Positions 25,752-35,627 of a DNA stretch of 64,000 bases are shown piece by piece. A program made the position numbers and the translations under genes. How positions within the stretch are numbered: position 1 is the stretch's first letter; each line of letters starts with the position of its first letter. A model generated the notes under the pieces. The model was given only the letters and a program-made list of their open reading frames with translations. It was not told the DNA's origin and did no database searches. The DNA is from an uncultured Bacteroidota bacterium (GTDB lineage Bacteria; Bacteroidota; Ignavibacteria; Kryptoniales; JAKASW01), in the NCBI GenBank assembly GCA_964603995.1, contig CAZRXH010000001.1:1975-65974 (forward strand). The letters run 5' to 3'.

Positions 25752-26279
25752 TCAATTATTCTTGTATGGCATTCGGCGTGGCGCAAAGTGCTCACCGGGA
25801 CCGGCATCATCCTTCGGGCAACTGCACGCTCCGTGATTGAGGTTTGCCCCGCAAGTGCCGCACAATCCCGCACAATCCTCTCTGCACAGAAGCTTCATGG
25901 GAACCGCAAGGAGTATGTACTCTCTAACATCTTCAGCAATGTCAATTTCATTGGTGCTCGCGTGAATCACCGTTATCTCATCTCCCGAATACGGCGTATT
26001 CGACCTGTCCGTCCCGCCGGCGTCACTTGCATTGTACACATAAGCCATCCTGTAATCGACACCGATGTCCTTATCGAAGTCGTCCAGACAGCGGTCACAG
26101 ACAAATTTCCCGGAAGTTTTCACGTGGCCGGTCACAAAAAGTTGTCTTGCGCGCTTTTCAACCTCTACCTTGACAATCACCGGCTCCGAAAAACGATCAT
26201 CCAGCTTAATACTGGAAGGATTTTCCTCGAACTTGTACTCGTGGATTCCTTCCGAGAGGTTCGAAATATTTATCTTCAT
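25752..26279 (-). CDS. yceD: DUF177/YceD family protein
   Basis: Conserved position upstream of rpmF and a C-terminal Cys cluster (CREDCAGLCGTCGANLNHGACSC). Confidence 0.85.
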   Translation of the reverse strand: MKINISNLSEGIHEYKFEENPSSIKLDDRFSEPVIVKVEVEKRARQLFVTGHVKTSGKFVCDRCLDDFDKDIGVDYRMAYVYNASDAGGTDRSNTPYSGDEITVIHASTNEIDIAEDVREYILLAVPMKLLCREDCAGLCGTCGANLNHGACSCPKDDAGPGEHFAPRRMPYKNN

Positions 26280-26500
26280 GCGTCAACAACCATTTAGAAT
26301 GTCGTCCATCCATAAGATTCCAAGACAGACATGCAATATTGAACAACTCTGGGCTGCCTTTCGAGTTCCTCGTTCAGCGTTGTAAAATAACGGAATAGCC
26401 TCAGTATCTGTGAAAAAAGCACGGTAATATAACCTAAGCAGGAATTTTAATCAAGAATAGATGGGGGTAATGGGGAGAGTACCGAGACCCTATGACAGGA

Positions 26501-26752
26501 TCACGATTCGTCTCTTCTTCTCTGATTGAGCGCGTCTTCTATCTTCCGTTTTTCTTCATCGGAAAGGCGCTCATCGGCGGGAAGGTTCTTTACCTGTTCG
26601 GAAACGAGTGTGGTTTCTTTCAGGAACCATCTGCAAAATTTACAGAGGATAAGATGCAGGAGAAGCTTCGGCTTTTCTCCTATACTCAATGCACGTTCCT
26701 CGTCCTTGGAAATCATGGATGTCGCTTCCCGGCAAGTTATCATGAGTCCCAT
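26501..26752 (-). CDS. anti-sigma factor (zf-HC2 type)
   Basis: H-x3-C-x2-C motif (HLILCKFC). Lies immediately downstream of an ECF sigma gene. Confidence 0.6.
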   Translation of the reverse strand: MGLMITCREATSMISKDEERALSIGEKPKLLLHLILCKFCRWFLKETTLVSEQVKNLPADERLSDEEKRKIEDALNQRRRDES

Positions 26753-26766
26753 TTACTCTTGGCCCT

Positions 26767-27357
26767 TCATGCTCTAATCCACTTCCTTTCGAGGCAATCT
26801 CTCAACTGAAGCTTTGCCCGATGAATTATGACCCAATAGTTGGACGTGGAAATCATCAAGGCCTTACATATCTCTTCGAATTCCAGCTCATCGAGGTATT
26901 TCATCATGAAAACGGCCCTGCATTGGGTGGTCAAGCGCGTGAAGCACTGCTGAAGGACGCTGGAAAACTCCTTCGAACGGAGTTGATCTAAATGACCTAC
27001 TCCCCAATCGGTGGGAAGCTCCTCGGGTCTCCATCTGCCGTTTTCTTCAAAATATGGATCTTCATCCCCAAGACCGACAACAGACGCGGACGGGACGGTT
27101 CGTTCTGCAGACTTCTTACGATAGTGATCGATGATCTTGTTCTTCAGAATCGAGAACAACCAGGTCTTCTCCGTGCTCTCTCCCCTGAACGTATCCAGTC
27201 TTTCGAGGGCAGAAAGGAAAGTCTCCTGAACAAGATCTTTAGCAACCTCTCTCTCACCGACTCTGACTACTGTGTAACTGTAGAGAATATCGGAATAGCT
27301 GGTGACCCAATCGGAAGGATTTGCCTTTTCAGTACCGGATGTGTAACCGACGGCCAT
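26767..27357 (-). CDS. ECF sigma-70 family factor (full length)
   Basis: Region 2 (DLVQETFLSALERLDTFRGESTEKTWLFSILKNKIIDHYRKK) and region 4 (CRAVFMMKYLDELEFEEICKALMISTSNYWVIIHRAKLQLR). Confidence 0.85.
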   Translation of the reverse strand: MAVGYTSGTEKANPSDWVTSYSDILYSYTVVRVGEREVAKDLVQETFLSALERLDTFRGESTEKTWLFSILKNKIIDHYRKKSAERTVPSASVVGLGDEDPYFEENGRWRPEELPTDWGVGHLDQLRSKEFSSVLQQCFTRLTTQCRAVFMMKYLDELEFEEICKALMISTSNYWVIIHRAKLQLRDCLERKWIRA

Positions 27358-27416
27358 AGCAATCTAACAGAGAAATGTCCGGAAAAGTTTACCGGCTCAA
27401 TCCACAGCCATCGGTC

Positions 27417-28977
27417 TTAATATCTCCCTGCCAGTGACGGCCACAACTCCTGTGCGGTTTCGATTTCATCCTCGCATAAATAGATGGTCAGGTCCTGTTC
27501 TTCCGGAACTGTCCACCTATTTTCAATGTGGGCCATCGGGGTGACTCGCCGCCAGTTCTTCACGAGGTCAAGCGAATCGAAACCGATGGCGATTGTCATA
27601 GCTCCAGGTTTTTTCCCCGGGCCGAAGAGCCAGTACGATCCGACAAAGCAGATCGAATGCGGAAGTCCAAGGCGAGGGCCGAAGAAATCGATCGCTCCAG
27701 CTTCGCCGTAATTTGATGCAAGGATAACAGCTTGTGCCTGTTGCTTCGGGGTGAGTGAGTGGTAAACGCGAGCAAGTGTATCGACTCTCTCATTCCATCC
27801 GAGCATGTCGGCGTAATCCTGTGGGAGCCTCAGAACCCGTCCGGTATTGGAGGTGTTCGCTGCGGACATTCCGAGAGCAGTGCTGTAGTTAGCCATAGCC
27901 TTTGGAGGGAATATCGGTACACCTAACGGGAGCGCCGCAATACCGCCTGCAATCAATATGATCAACGACGCGGCACGAAAGGCCACTCTCCAATTTCCCG
28001 TTCCCACACGTTCCGCAATGAGAGCTCCGACCGCGAGCATCGCCGGATAGACTGGCCCGAGGTAATACGCTTTTCCATGCATCAGGAACAGAACGGCAAA
28101 CGCGCCCACGTAGACCCACGTCAGGATCCTGAAGCTCTTCAGCCGACCAGACGTAAAGAGAGCCACGATACCGATAACAGAAACGATGAACGAGATCAGA
28201 CCGAGGATAAGAATCTGACCGGTCACGAAATCGAGCCATGATACGTGCGAGAACTGTTGTCTCTACAAATCACGCATGACGCCGAAGAGCGGAAAACCGA
28301 GCGTTATCTGCCCGATTATCGCAGGACTTCCGATCAGGATAGTCAGACCCAGCGCGATCCACGGCCACCGCGACACGATGAGGCGTCTGTCATGCGTGGC
28401 AAGCAATCCGACGAGCACTCCGAAACCAAAAAACAAAAATGCTGAACTTGGTGAAAAGGCCGATACCCATGACAATGCCGAGTGCAATCCACCAGCGAAG
28501 GTTGCCGCTCTCTTTCCACCGTACGATTACCCAGCAGCCGAGCGTCCACCAAAGCTGGTCGAAGATCACGGGTTGAAATAGCGACCCCGGACGAAGGAAA
28601 ATGGGGCTGAAGAAAACGAGCAGCGCCGTCAGAATCTGCGCGAAGGTCCCGCCGCCAAGTCGACGGGAGATGTCGGCCGACAGCAAGACAAGGACTGCTG
28701 CAGCGGCGGCCGGGAAAAATCTAATGGCGGCCAGCGAACTGCCGAGAATCATACGCGTGAAATTCGCAATGAGCGCAATGAACGGGGGAAAATCCATCCC
28801 AAAAAGCCTGAGGTGCTCGCCCATCGCTAAGTACAGGAATTCGTCACGATGAAAACCGTACGGTCCCCAGACATTGACCGCGATGTGGAATATGACAAGC
28901 CCGATTGATATGATCCAAACCCAGAAGGACAGACCGTCCTTGACAGCCGACGGGGTTTCGCGGGAACCAGCCATCAT
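27417..28977 (-). pseudogene. GT39/ArnT-like membrane glycosyltransferase, disrupted by one frameshift and one in-frame TAG
   Basis: Three collinear ORFs (28390..29031, 28263..28487, 27417..28226) form one polytopic GT39/PMT_2-type protein (FHRDEFLYLAMGEHL...). The frame changes near the A/T homopolymers at 28430-28446. An in-frame TAG lies at 28263-28265. Confidence 0.7.
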
Positions 28978-30359
28978 CACTTCAATTCCTCCTTTTCTCC
29001 GGCTTTTCTTTCCGCCCTCGCTATCGACCATTTCAGCATCGGCGGCGAAACGAATGTGGTCACGATAACCATTATGACAACCGCGGAGAAGATTTCGTTA
29101 TCGATGACGCCGAGCCCCTTTCCGATGCTTGCGAAGATCAACCCGACCTCGCCTCTCGGAATCATTCCAATGCCAACAGTCACACGGTCGATATTTTTCT
29201 CACGGACGACAAGACCGCATGCCTGCTTCCCTACCATGGCGGCCACGATCAATCCCGCCGAGATCCCGAGCACCGATGGGACAATGAAGCTCTGAAGGCG
29301 GACTTGGATTCCCATTAGCACGAAGAATATCGGAACAAATATGATGGTGATCGGCTGGATAAGATCTCTGATGCTGACCTTGGCGCCGAATTCCCTGAAA
29401 TGAATCTCTTCCAGAATGAGACCAGCGGCAAAGGCCCCTACGATCGAAGCCAGCCCTGCCTCACTCGCCAGGGCGGACAGCCCGAAGCATATAAGGATAG
29501 CCGATATCAGCATGAGCCCCTGCGTCCGGAACTTAGCCGCGATTTTCATAAGCCTCGGTATGAAGTACACCCCGATGACCAGGGCCCCAAGGAGGAACCC
29601 AACTGCTATCATCGTCAGTTTCACTATTTCGAGGAACGACAAGTCTGTTCCCGTTTCGGCGGAAGAGACGACAGCTGAAACCGTAGCGAGTATAATGAGG
29701 CCCAGCACATCGTCGATGACTGCTGCACCGAGGACGATCCGGGCTTCCGGCATCTGGATTCTTGCCATGTCCTTGAACACTCGGGCAGTGATGCCGACAC
29801 TCGTGGCACAGAGAGTCGCGCCGATAAACATGTGTATGTTGTTGATGTTGAAATTGGGAGATATCGCGAGTATCTCTTTCGGCACCTTCGTGACAAATAT
29901 CGCCGACACGAAATAGCCGAGTATGAAAGGAAGTACCACTCCGACGGTCGCCACGAGAAAGGACGACAGCCCGACACGCCTCATCTCCTTGACGCTGGAC
30001 TCAAGACCGACTTCGAAAAGGAGAATGATTATGCCTATCTTGGCGAGAATGTCGATCCCGATCGCGGCGTGGTCCGTCAGAACCGCGGCCCGAAGCGGCT
30101 CGAAGAAACTCCAGTTCCCGTTGACAAGCACAAGATTTCCGAGGATGACTCCGGCGATCAATTCACCGAGCACGGCGGGTTGTCCGATCCGCTCGAAGAA
30201 CTCCGCCCCAAGCTTCGCAGCGACAAGAATTATCATTATATAAATGAGGACTTTGACAGCCGGATCGGTTCCGCCGACCATGGCGGCTTCATTCAAAACA
30301 AACGGATGTACTAAGGCGGAAAATGTCGCTCCCATGTTCAGCCAAAATAAACAGAACAA
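28977..30359 (-). CDS. cation:proton antiporter (CPA2/Kef-type Na+/H+ exchanger family)
   Basis: About 12 TM helices and the segment AAKLGAEFFERIGQPAVLGELIAGVILG. The start codon is uncertain (ATGs at 30359 and 30335). Confidence 0.85.
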   Translation of the reverse strand: MFCLFWLNMGATFSALVHPFVLNEAAMVGGTDPAVKVLIYIMIILVAAKLGAEFFERIGQPAVLGELIAGVILGNLVLVNGNWSFFEPLRAAVLTDHAAIGIDILAKIGIIILLFEVGLESSVKEMRRVGLSSFLVATVGVVLPFILGYFVSAIFVTKVPKEILAISPNFNINNIHMFIGATLCATSVGITARVFKDMARIQMPEARIVLGAAVIDDVLGLIILATVSAVVSSAETGTDLSFLEIVKLTMIAVGFLLGALVIGVYFIPRLMKIAAKFRTQGLMLISAILICFGLSALASEAGLASIVGAFAAGLILEEIHFREFGAKVSIRDLIQPITIIFVPIFFVLMGIQVRLQSFIVPSVLGISAGLIVAAMVGKQACGLVVREKNIDRVTVGIGMIPRGEVGLIFASIGKGLGVIDNEIFSAVVIMVIVTTFVSPPMLKWSIARAERKAGEKEELK

Positions 30360-30464
30360 CCCGGAGAGACAAGGAGAATTGCCTTTTTCCGAAAGGCCGG
30401 AAAAACCATGACCGGAGTTTTACGCGGCCCCGGCGCAGTGACTCGCATTGTGGGACAGACAGGA

Positions 30465-31238
30465 TTATTCCGCTACGGCTTTCAGGAACTCGGCGAGGCG
30501 CTTCGGATCGACGGGGTTCGGAGTCTTTCGGTCAATCTTGACGGACGTTCCGACGATTACGCTGTCTGCGTACTGGAGGAGCGTTGACACGTTCTGGCTG
30601 TTGGCGCCGCTGCCGATGATTATCTTAGCTTCGGGAAAATCGTTCCGCAGCTGGCGGAGTTGTCCCATATCGACGGCCTGCCCGGTGCGGGAGCCGCTCA
30701 AGACGATAGCATCCACAAGCCCTCTCTCGATCGCGTCAACTGCCTGCACTTCTATGTCATATCTTCCGATCTGCGCGGAGTGCTTGACATCTATATCGGC
30801 AATGATCTGAACGCCGGAATTCAGGCTTTTCCTGAGACGAAGCGTCTCGTATGCCTTACCCTGGATTACACCCTGATCCGCAACGACCGCGCCGACATGA
30901 ACGTTCACGCGGATGAACTCTGCTCCCGCAACGTAAGCGACGCTAAGTGCCGACTCCGCGTCGTTACGGAGGACATTGATGCCGAAGTGAATTCCGGAAA
31001 ACTCCTTCTTCAGCTCCACAGCCGCCCTTGTCATCGACGCGACCGTTACAGGATGAACGCTCCCGGCGGAAAACGGAACATCTCCGAAATTCTCTACTAT
31101 CACCCCTTCGACGCCGCCGTCTCGATAGACCTTGCAGTCGACGAGCGCGCGATCGACGACCCCGTCGAACGAACCGTCAAACCGAGGCGAACCAGGAAGG
31201 GGAAGCAGATGTACTACGCCTATGACCCTGGGGATCAA
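30465..31238 (-). CDS. BtpA/SgcQ family TIM-barrel protein
   Basis: VIGVVHLLPLPGSPRF...GVIVENFGDVPF pattern. TTG start. Confidence 0.8.
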   Translation of the reverse strand: MIPRVIGVVHLLPLPGSPRFDGSFDGVVDRALVDCKVYRDGGVEGVIVENFGDVPFSAGSVHPVTVASMTRAAVELKKEFSGIHFGINVLRNDAESALSVAYVAGAEFIRVNVHVGAVVADQGVIQGKAYETLRLRKSLNSGVQIIADIDVKHSAQIGRYDIEVQAVDAIERGLVDAIVLSGSRTGQAVDMGQLRQLRNDFPEAKIIIGSGANSQNVSTLLQYADSVIVGTSVKIDRKTPNPVDPKRLAEFLKAVAE

Positions 31239-31246
31239 TGTCGTTC

Positions 31247-31396
31247 TTACTCGTGCTGGAGCAACTGTGACTCGATGTCTGCCGAAGTCAGATCTTCTTC
31301 CTCTTCGAACCTTAGCTCTTCCACTGTTTTCACGACTACATACGCGATTCCAGCGGCGACAGCCACGGCGCTAACGATTAGAATTAATCTTTTCAT
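31247..31396 (-). CDS. possible small single-TM protein (49 aa, below the ORF-track cutoff)
   Basis: ATG at 31396 preceded by AAAGGTGGAG. It encodes MKRLILIVSAVAVAAGIAYVVVKTVEELRFEEEEDLTSADIESQLLQHE, a TM helix with an acidic tail. It overlaps the last 26 nt of the ackA ORF. Confidence 0.3.
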   Translation of the reverse strand: MKRLILIVSAVAVAAGIAYVVVKTVEELRFEEEEDLTSADIESQLLQHE

Positions 31397-32654
31397 GCTC
31401 CACCTTTCCGGAAGAAACTCCGTCACCTGGTCTACCGGGACGTGTCGAGGAACGCCATGCCGCCTCGACTATTCTCATGGTGTCAAGAGCGATGACCATC
31501 TCCTCGTTTGTCGGCAGGGCGAATACCTTGACCCTGGAAGAATCTGCGCTGATTACTTTCTCCCTGTCGGCAGAATTATTTCGCTCTGAGTCTATATTCA
31601 CTCCGAGAAACTCAAGCCCTTTGCAGCTCGCCGCGCGGACATCGGGGCTATTCTCTCCGATACCGCCGGTGAACACGATCGCATCCACACCGCCCATGAC
31701 GGCAGCGTAGGAGCCGATGTATTTCTTTATCCTGTAAGTGAAGACTTCAAATGCAAGTTCGGCCTGTCTGTTCCCGGCTTTCAACTCGGTGATGATCTCG
31801 CGCATGTCGCTTGTGAGTCCAGAAATTCCCAGAAGTCCGCTGTGCTTGTTCAGAAGGGTGTTCGCCTCCGCGAGCGACAAGCCTTCCCTGCCGACAATGT
31901 GGAGTATGATCTGCGGGTCCAGGTCGCCACTGCGAGTTCCCATCAACAACCCTTCGAGCGGCGTGAAGCCCATCGAGGTATCGACCGACACTCCGCCATC
32001 GACGGCGGCCATGCTGCAACCGTTGCCGAGGTGGATTGTAATCAGCTTCAGTTTCTCAATCGGCTTTCCCAGCAATTCGGCGGCTCGGTGTGACACGTAG
32101 TAATGCGAAGTGCCGTGGAAGCCGTATCGGCGGATCTTGTAGCGCCTGTAAAGCAGGTAGGGAATTCCGTAGAGAAAAGCGCGCGGCGGCATCTTCTGGT
32201 GAAACGCCGTGTCAAAAACCGCCACCTGCGGAGTACCGGGAAGATGTTTGAGTACAGCCTGTATCCCCCTAAGATTGTGAGGGTTATGGAGAGGCGCCAG
32301 CTCGATGTTCTCCCGAACTTCATCCATGACCTTCTCGTCCACGAGTACACTCTCAGAGAAACTCTCTCCGCCGTGCACTACCCTGTGTCCGACCGCGTCG
32401 ATTTCTGCCTTGTCCTGTATGACGCCGTGGTTCTTGCTGAGGAGAACGGCAAGCACGTATTCTATTGCAGTCTGATGGTCGAGGACTTCCGCGCTAATCT
32501 TAACCTTGTCGCCGTCGTAGCGCTCATGCGTAACAACTGAATCGCTCATCCCGACACGATCAATCAATCCCTTTGCCAAAACGGAGCGATCTTTCAAATC
32601 AATGAATTGGTATTTTACAGATGAACTTCCGGAATTTAAAACAAGTACTTTCAT
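31371..32654 (-). CDS. ackA: acetate kinase
   Basis: MKVLVLNSGSSSVKYQF at the chosen start (ATG 32654). The ORF extension to 32765 would overlap hbd. Body motifs include HRVVHGG and FTGGIGENS. Confidence 0.9.
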   Translation of the reverse strand: MKVLVLNSGSSSVKYQFIDLKDRSVLAKGLIDRVGMSDSVVTHERYDGDKVKISAEVLDHQTAIEYVLAVLLSKNHGVIQDKAEIDAVGHRVVHGGESFSESVLVDEKVMDEVRENIELAPLHNPHNLRGIQAVLKHLPGTPQVAVFDTAFHQKMPPRAFLYGIPYLLYRRYKIRRYGFHGTSHYYVSHRAAELLGKPIEKLKLITIHLGNGCSMAAVDGGVSVDTSMGFTPLEGLLMGTRSGDLDPQIILHIVGREGLSLAEANTLLNKHSGLLGISGLTSDMREIITELKAGNRQAELAFEVFTYRIKKYIGSYAAVMGGVDAIVFTGGIGENSPDVRAASCKGLEFLGVNIDSERNNSADREKVISADSSRVKVFALPTNEEMVIALDTMRIVEAAWRSSTRPGRPGDGVSSGKVEHEKINSNR

Positions 32655-32682
32655 TTCTGCTTTCTTCTTCACAAAAAAAAGA

Positions 32683-33618
32683 CTACGGATTGTTTTCGAT
32701 TCTCTTTCCCGACTCGTCGTACTTGAAGAAACCCTGGCATGTCTTCTTGCCGAGATGCCCCTCACGCACTTTTCTTCTCAGAATCGGACTCGCCCGGTAT
32801 TGAGCGGTCCCCAACTCATGGTACATCGTATCGAGCCATGTCAATACTTCATCCAGCCCCATCGAATCGGCCATCTCCAGCGGCCCGACATTCAAGCCAT
32901 ATCCGAGCTTGATGGCCGTGTCTATTCCTTCAGCGGTGGAGATTCCTTCAAGGAGAACCTGCATGGCCTCGTTAAGAAGAGGGAGAATAACCCTCGTAGT
33001 GACGAAGCCCGGATATTCAAACACTTCGACAACCGTCTTTCCCAAATCTTCGGCAAACTTTTTTATCCGCTTAAAAGTCAAATCGCTTGTCTTCAACGCA
33101 CGAACGACTTCCACCAGCGGTACTCTTGGAACAGGGTTCAGGAAATGCATGCCGATAATCTTGTCGGGCCGCGATGTCGCCTCGGCAAGTTTTGTCAGGC
33201 TGAGAGTCGCCGTATTGGAAACAAAAACGGTATTGGGATCGCAAATCTTGTCGAGTTCCTTGAAGATAGTCTTCTTCAATCCAAACTCTTCCTCCACCGC
33301 CTCGATCACCAGGTCACATTCCGCGACGTCCGAAAGCTCGGTTGTGAATTTGAGCCTCGAGAGAATTGCCTTCTTCTCGCTTTTCGTGAGGGCCCAACGT
33401 TGAATCTCAGAATCGAGAGTTTCGGACAATTTCTGCCTGCATGAGTCAGCTGACTCTTCATCGCGTTCGATAATCAGTACGTTGATGCCGAAGGTTCCTG
33501 CAGTCTCGGCGATACCTCTTCCCATCAATCCGCCTCCGACTATCGCTATATAACCGGCTCTATCCGATTCAGAACGACTAATGTTGAAAATTTCAGTAAT
33601 ATCTTCTTCTCGTGCCAT
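32683..33618 (-). CDS. hbd: 3-hydroxyacyl-CoA (3-hydroxybutyryl-CoA) dehydrogenase
   Basis: Rossmann motif IAIVGGGLMGRGIA and a 3HCDH C-terminal domain pattern. Confidence 0.9.
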   Translation of the reverse strand: MAREEDITEIFNISRSESDRAGYIAIVGGGLMGRGIAETAGTFGINVLIIERDEESADSCRQKLSETLDSEIQRWALTKSEKKAILSRLKFTTELSDVAECDLVIEAVEEEFGLKKTIFKELDKICDPNTVFVSNTATLSLTKLAEATSRPDKIIGMHFLNPVPRVPLVEVVRALKTSDLTFKRIKKFAEDLGKTVVEVFEYPGFVTTRVILPLLNEAMQVLLEGISTAEGIDTAIKLGYGLNVGPLEMADSMGLDEVLTWLDTMYHELGTAQYRASPILRRKVREGHLGKKTCQGFFKYDESGKRIENNP

Positions 33619-33726
33619 AATGCTCGTTTAAGTTAGAATAAACAGCCCTGCGAATCAAGAAACCGCGTTTTGCGCAGGCCGGACACATCCCGCAATATCT
33701 GAATGATAACTACCTCAGCCGCGTGG

Positions 33727-35247
33727 CTACTTGCCAACCGTTTCGACACCAAGCTGATCCTTCGCAGCCCGGATAAACTTGAGTACCCTCGCATTCGTCG
33801 GATCCATCTCAAGGGTCATAGAGAGAGTATCGAGAGCTTCACGAAATTTGAGCAGCTTGAACTGGACCAGCCCGAATAGTTCCAGGCCCTGGGGGGCGCG
33901 GTAGCCAAGATCAACAGCGGCTTTGAAAGCCGACTCGCATCCTTCCAGATCGCCTGTCTTCATCCTGCAATTGGCAAGGCTCGACAGCGACACCGCATCA
34001 TGATCGGTGATCTTGTCGAGCAACCTTGATGCTTCCGCAAAGCGACCTGTGTCTATCAGCGCCGATGAAAAGAGCCTGAGAAACCAGTCTTCATTTTCAA
34101 AGTCCCTGAACTCTTCTGCGACTTCGATCGCCTCCTTATGCATCTTCTGCCTCAGCAGGAATTCAAAATAGGCTGCGACTCTCGGCGCGGTACGCTTCAG
34201 TCTCGCGGCCTTTCCCAGGTACAGGTCTGCCGCCTCAACTTCCCTGGCCAGCGCTGCGGCCCTTCCAATCTTCGTGTACAACACATCGATATCGAAGATC
34301 GGTTCGATCGCCGCGTCGGTTTTCCCTTTTGAGATTCCTGACTCGTATTGCCTGAGCGCGTCCTGGTATGCCCTCAAAGACTCATTATACCTGCCGAGTT
34401 TTATGTATATCTCGCCTCTCAGCATATGGGCGAAAGCCTGTTGTGGCGCCGCTGCGAGAGACATTTCGCAGGCTGCCAGCGCCGCATCTTCGTTTCCTTT
34501 CTTGAACTCGTTTTCCGCGATTATACCGTAGATTGAGGCCTCGACGGATTTTCCGAACCCGCCTGCGGCAAGAGCCTCGCGGAGGTGAGCGAGACCTTCT
34601 TCGATGTCTCCGAGTACCATTTCTGTCTGTCCCAGTTGATACAGGGCATAGCCATAGTTCTGACGCTTTTCAACCTGGGCGAGGAGAAGCCGATGGTTTC
34701 GTCTCGCCTTTTCGCGAATCACATCTTCATCCTGTGCATAGCCAAGGTGATCCACAATCACGTCCGAGTGAATTACTCTCGCGTGGACTTCATTGAGTGA
34801 AGTAGTGATCTGTTCGTGAACTTTTCCCGTGAAGCGGACACCTTTGAGCTTTCTGAAAAGACGCGGATACGCCACCAGATGATACTGCGAATCGTCTTTA
34901 GTCCCGATCTTGCTCTTTAGATTTAGAAGGAACGCGTCAGCCTTTCCGCTCGAAATCATTTTCCGGATCTTCTCGTGGTACGAGATCGCAATTCTCTCGT
35001 CGGCATCAAGATAGAGGATCCAGTCACCCGTCGCATTTCTGAGAGATTCGTTTCTAGCTGCGGAGAAGTCTTCACACCATTGAAAATCAAAAATATGCGC
35101 CCCAAAGCTTTCGGCAATTTCCTTCGTATTGTCCGTCGAACCGGTATCAACAATAACGATCTCATCGACAAGATCCTTAACGCTTTCGAGGCAGCCGGGA
35201 AGGAATCGTGCTTCGTTCTTCACTATCATCGAAAGAGACAACTTCAT
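33727..35247 (-). CDS. family 2 glycosyltransferase fused to TPR repeats
   Basis: N-terminus SMIVKNEARFLPGCLESV...VIVDTGSTDNT...YLDADE (GT2), followed by ~300 aa of TPR-like repeats. Confidence 0.8.
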   Translation of the reverse strand: MKLSLSMIVKNEARFLPGCLESVKDLVDEIVIVDTGSTDNTKEIAESFGAHIFDFQWCEDFSAARNESLRNATGDWILYLDADERIAISYHEKIRKMISSGKADAFLLNLKSKIGTKDDSQYHLVAYPRLFRKLKGVRFTGKVHEQITTSLNEVHARVIHSDVIVDHLGYAQDEDVIREKARRNHRLLLAQVEKRQNYGYALYQLGQTEMVLGDIEEGLAHLREALAAGGFGKSVEASIYGIIAENEFKKGNEDAALAACEMSLAAAPQQAFAHMLRGEIYIKLGRYNESLRAYQDALRQYESGISKGKTDAAIEPIFDIDVLYTKIGRAAALAREVEAADLYLGKAARLKRTAPRVAAYFEFLLRQKMHKEAIEVAEEFRDFENEDWFLRLFSSALIDTGRFAEASRLLDKITDHDAVSLSSLANCRMKTGDLEGCESAFKAAVDLGYRAPQGLELFGLVQFKLLKFREALDTLSMTLEMDPTNARVLKFIRAAKDQLGVETVGK

Positions 35248-35627
35248 TTGCCCGGCTCCACCGCCTTCGAATTGATCACATCCATCACTTTCTGCCGGAA
35301 AGAGATTTGCTCGATCGGTTTGAATATGAATTCGTTCGCACCATACTCTTCGGCTTTCTTGACATTCTCCGAATCGCCATACGCGGTCATTATGATCACG
35401 GGAGTTTCCTTGTTGATCGTCCCCGCACGGACTCTCCTAAGCACTTCCAGACCATCTATTCGCGGCATCATTATGTCGAGCAGTATCAGATCGAACTTCG
35501 AACTGGCCGCGAGTGTGAGCGCTTCCACCCCATCAACAGCATTGGAAATGTCAAACCCGATTCTCTTCAGGTGAAACTCGACGAGTTTCCTGATCATCGG
35601 TACATCATCAGCAACGAGCGCTTTCAT
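35244..35627 (-). CDS. single-domain response regulator (CheY-like receiver)
   Basis: 127 aa receiver with DLILLDIMMP (phospho-Asp context) and a KP motif. Confidence 0.85.
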   Translation of the reverse strand: MKALVADDVPMIRKLVEFHLKRIGFDISNAVDGVEALTLAASSKFDLILLDIMMPRIDGLEVLRRVRAGTINKETPVIIMTAYGDSENVKKAEEYGANEFIFKPIEQISFRQKVMDVINSKAVEPGK

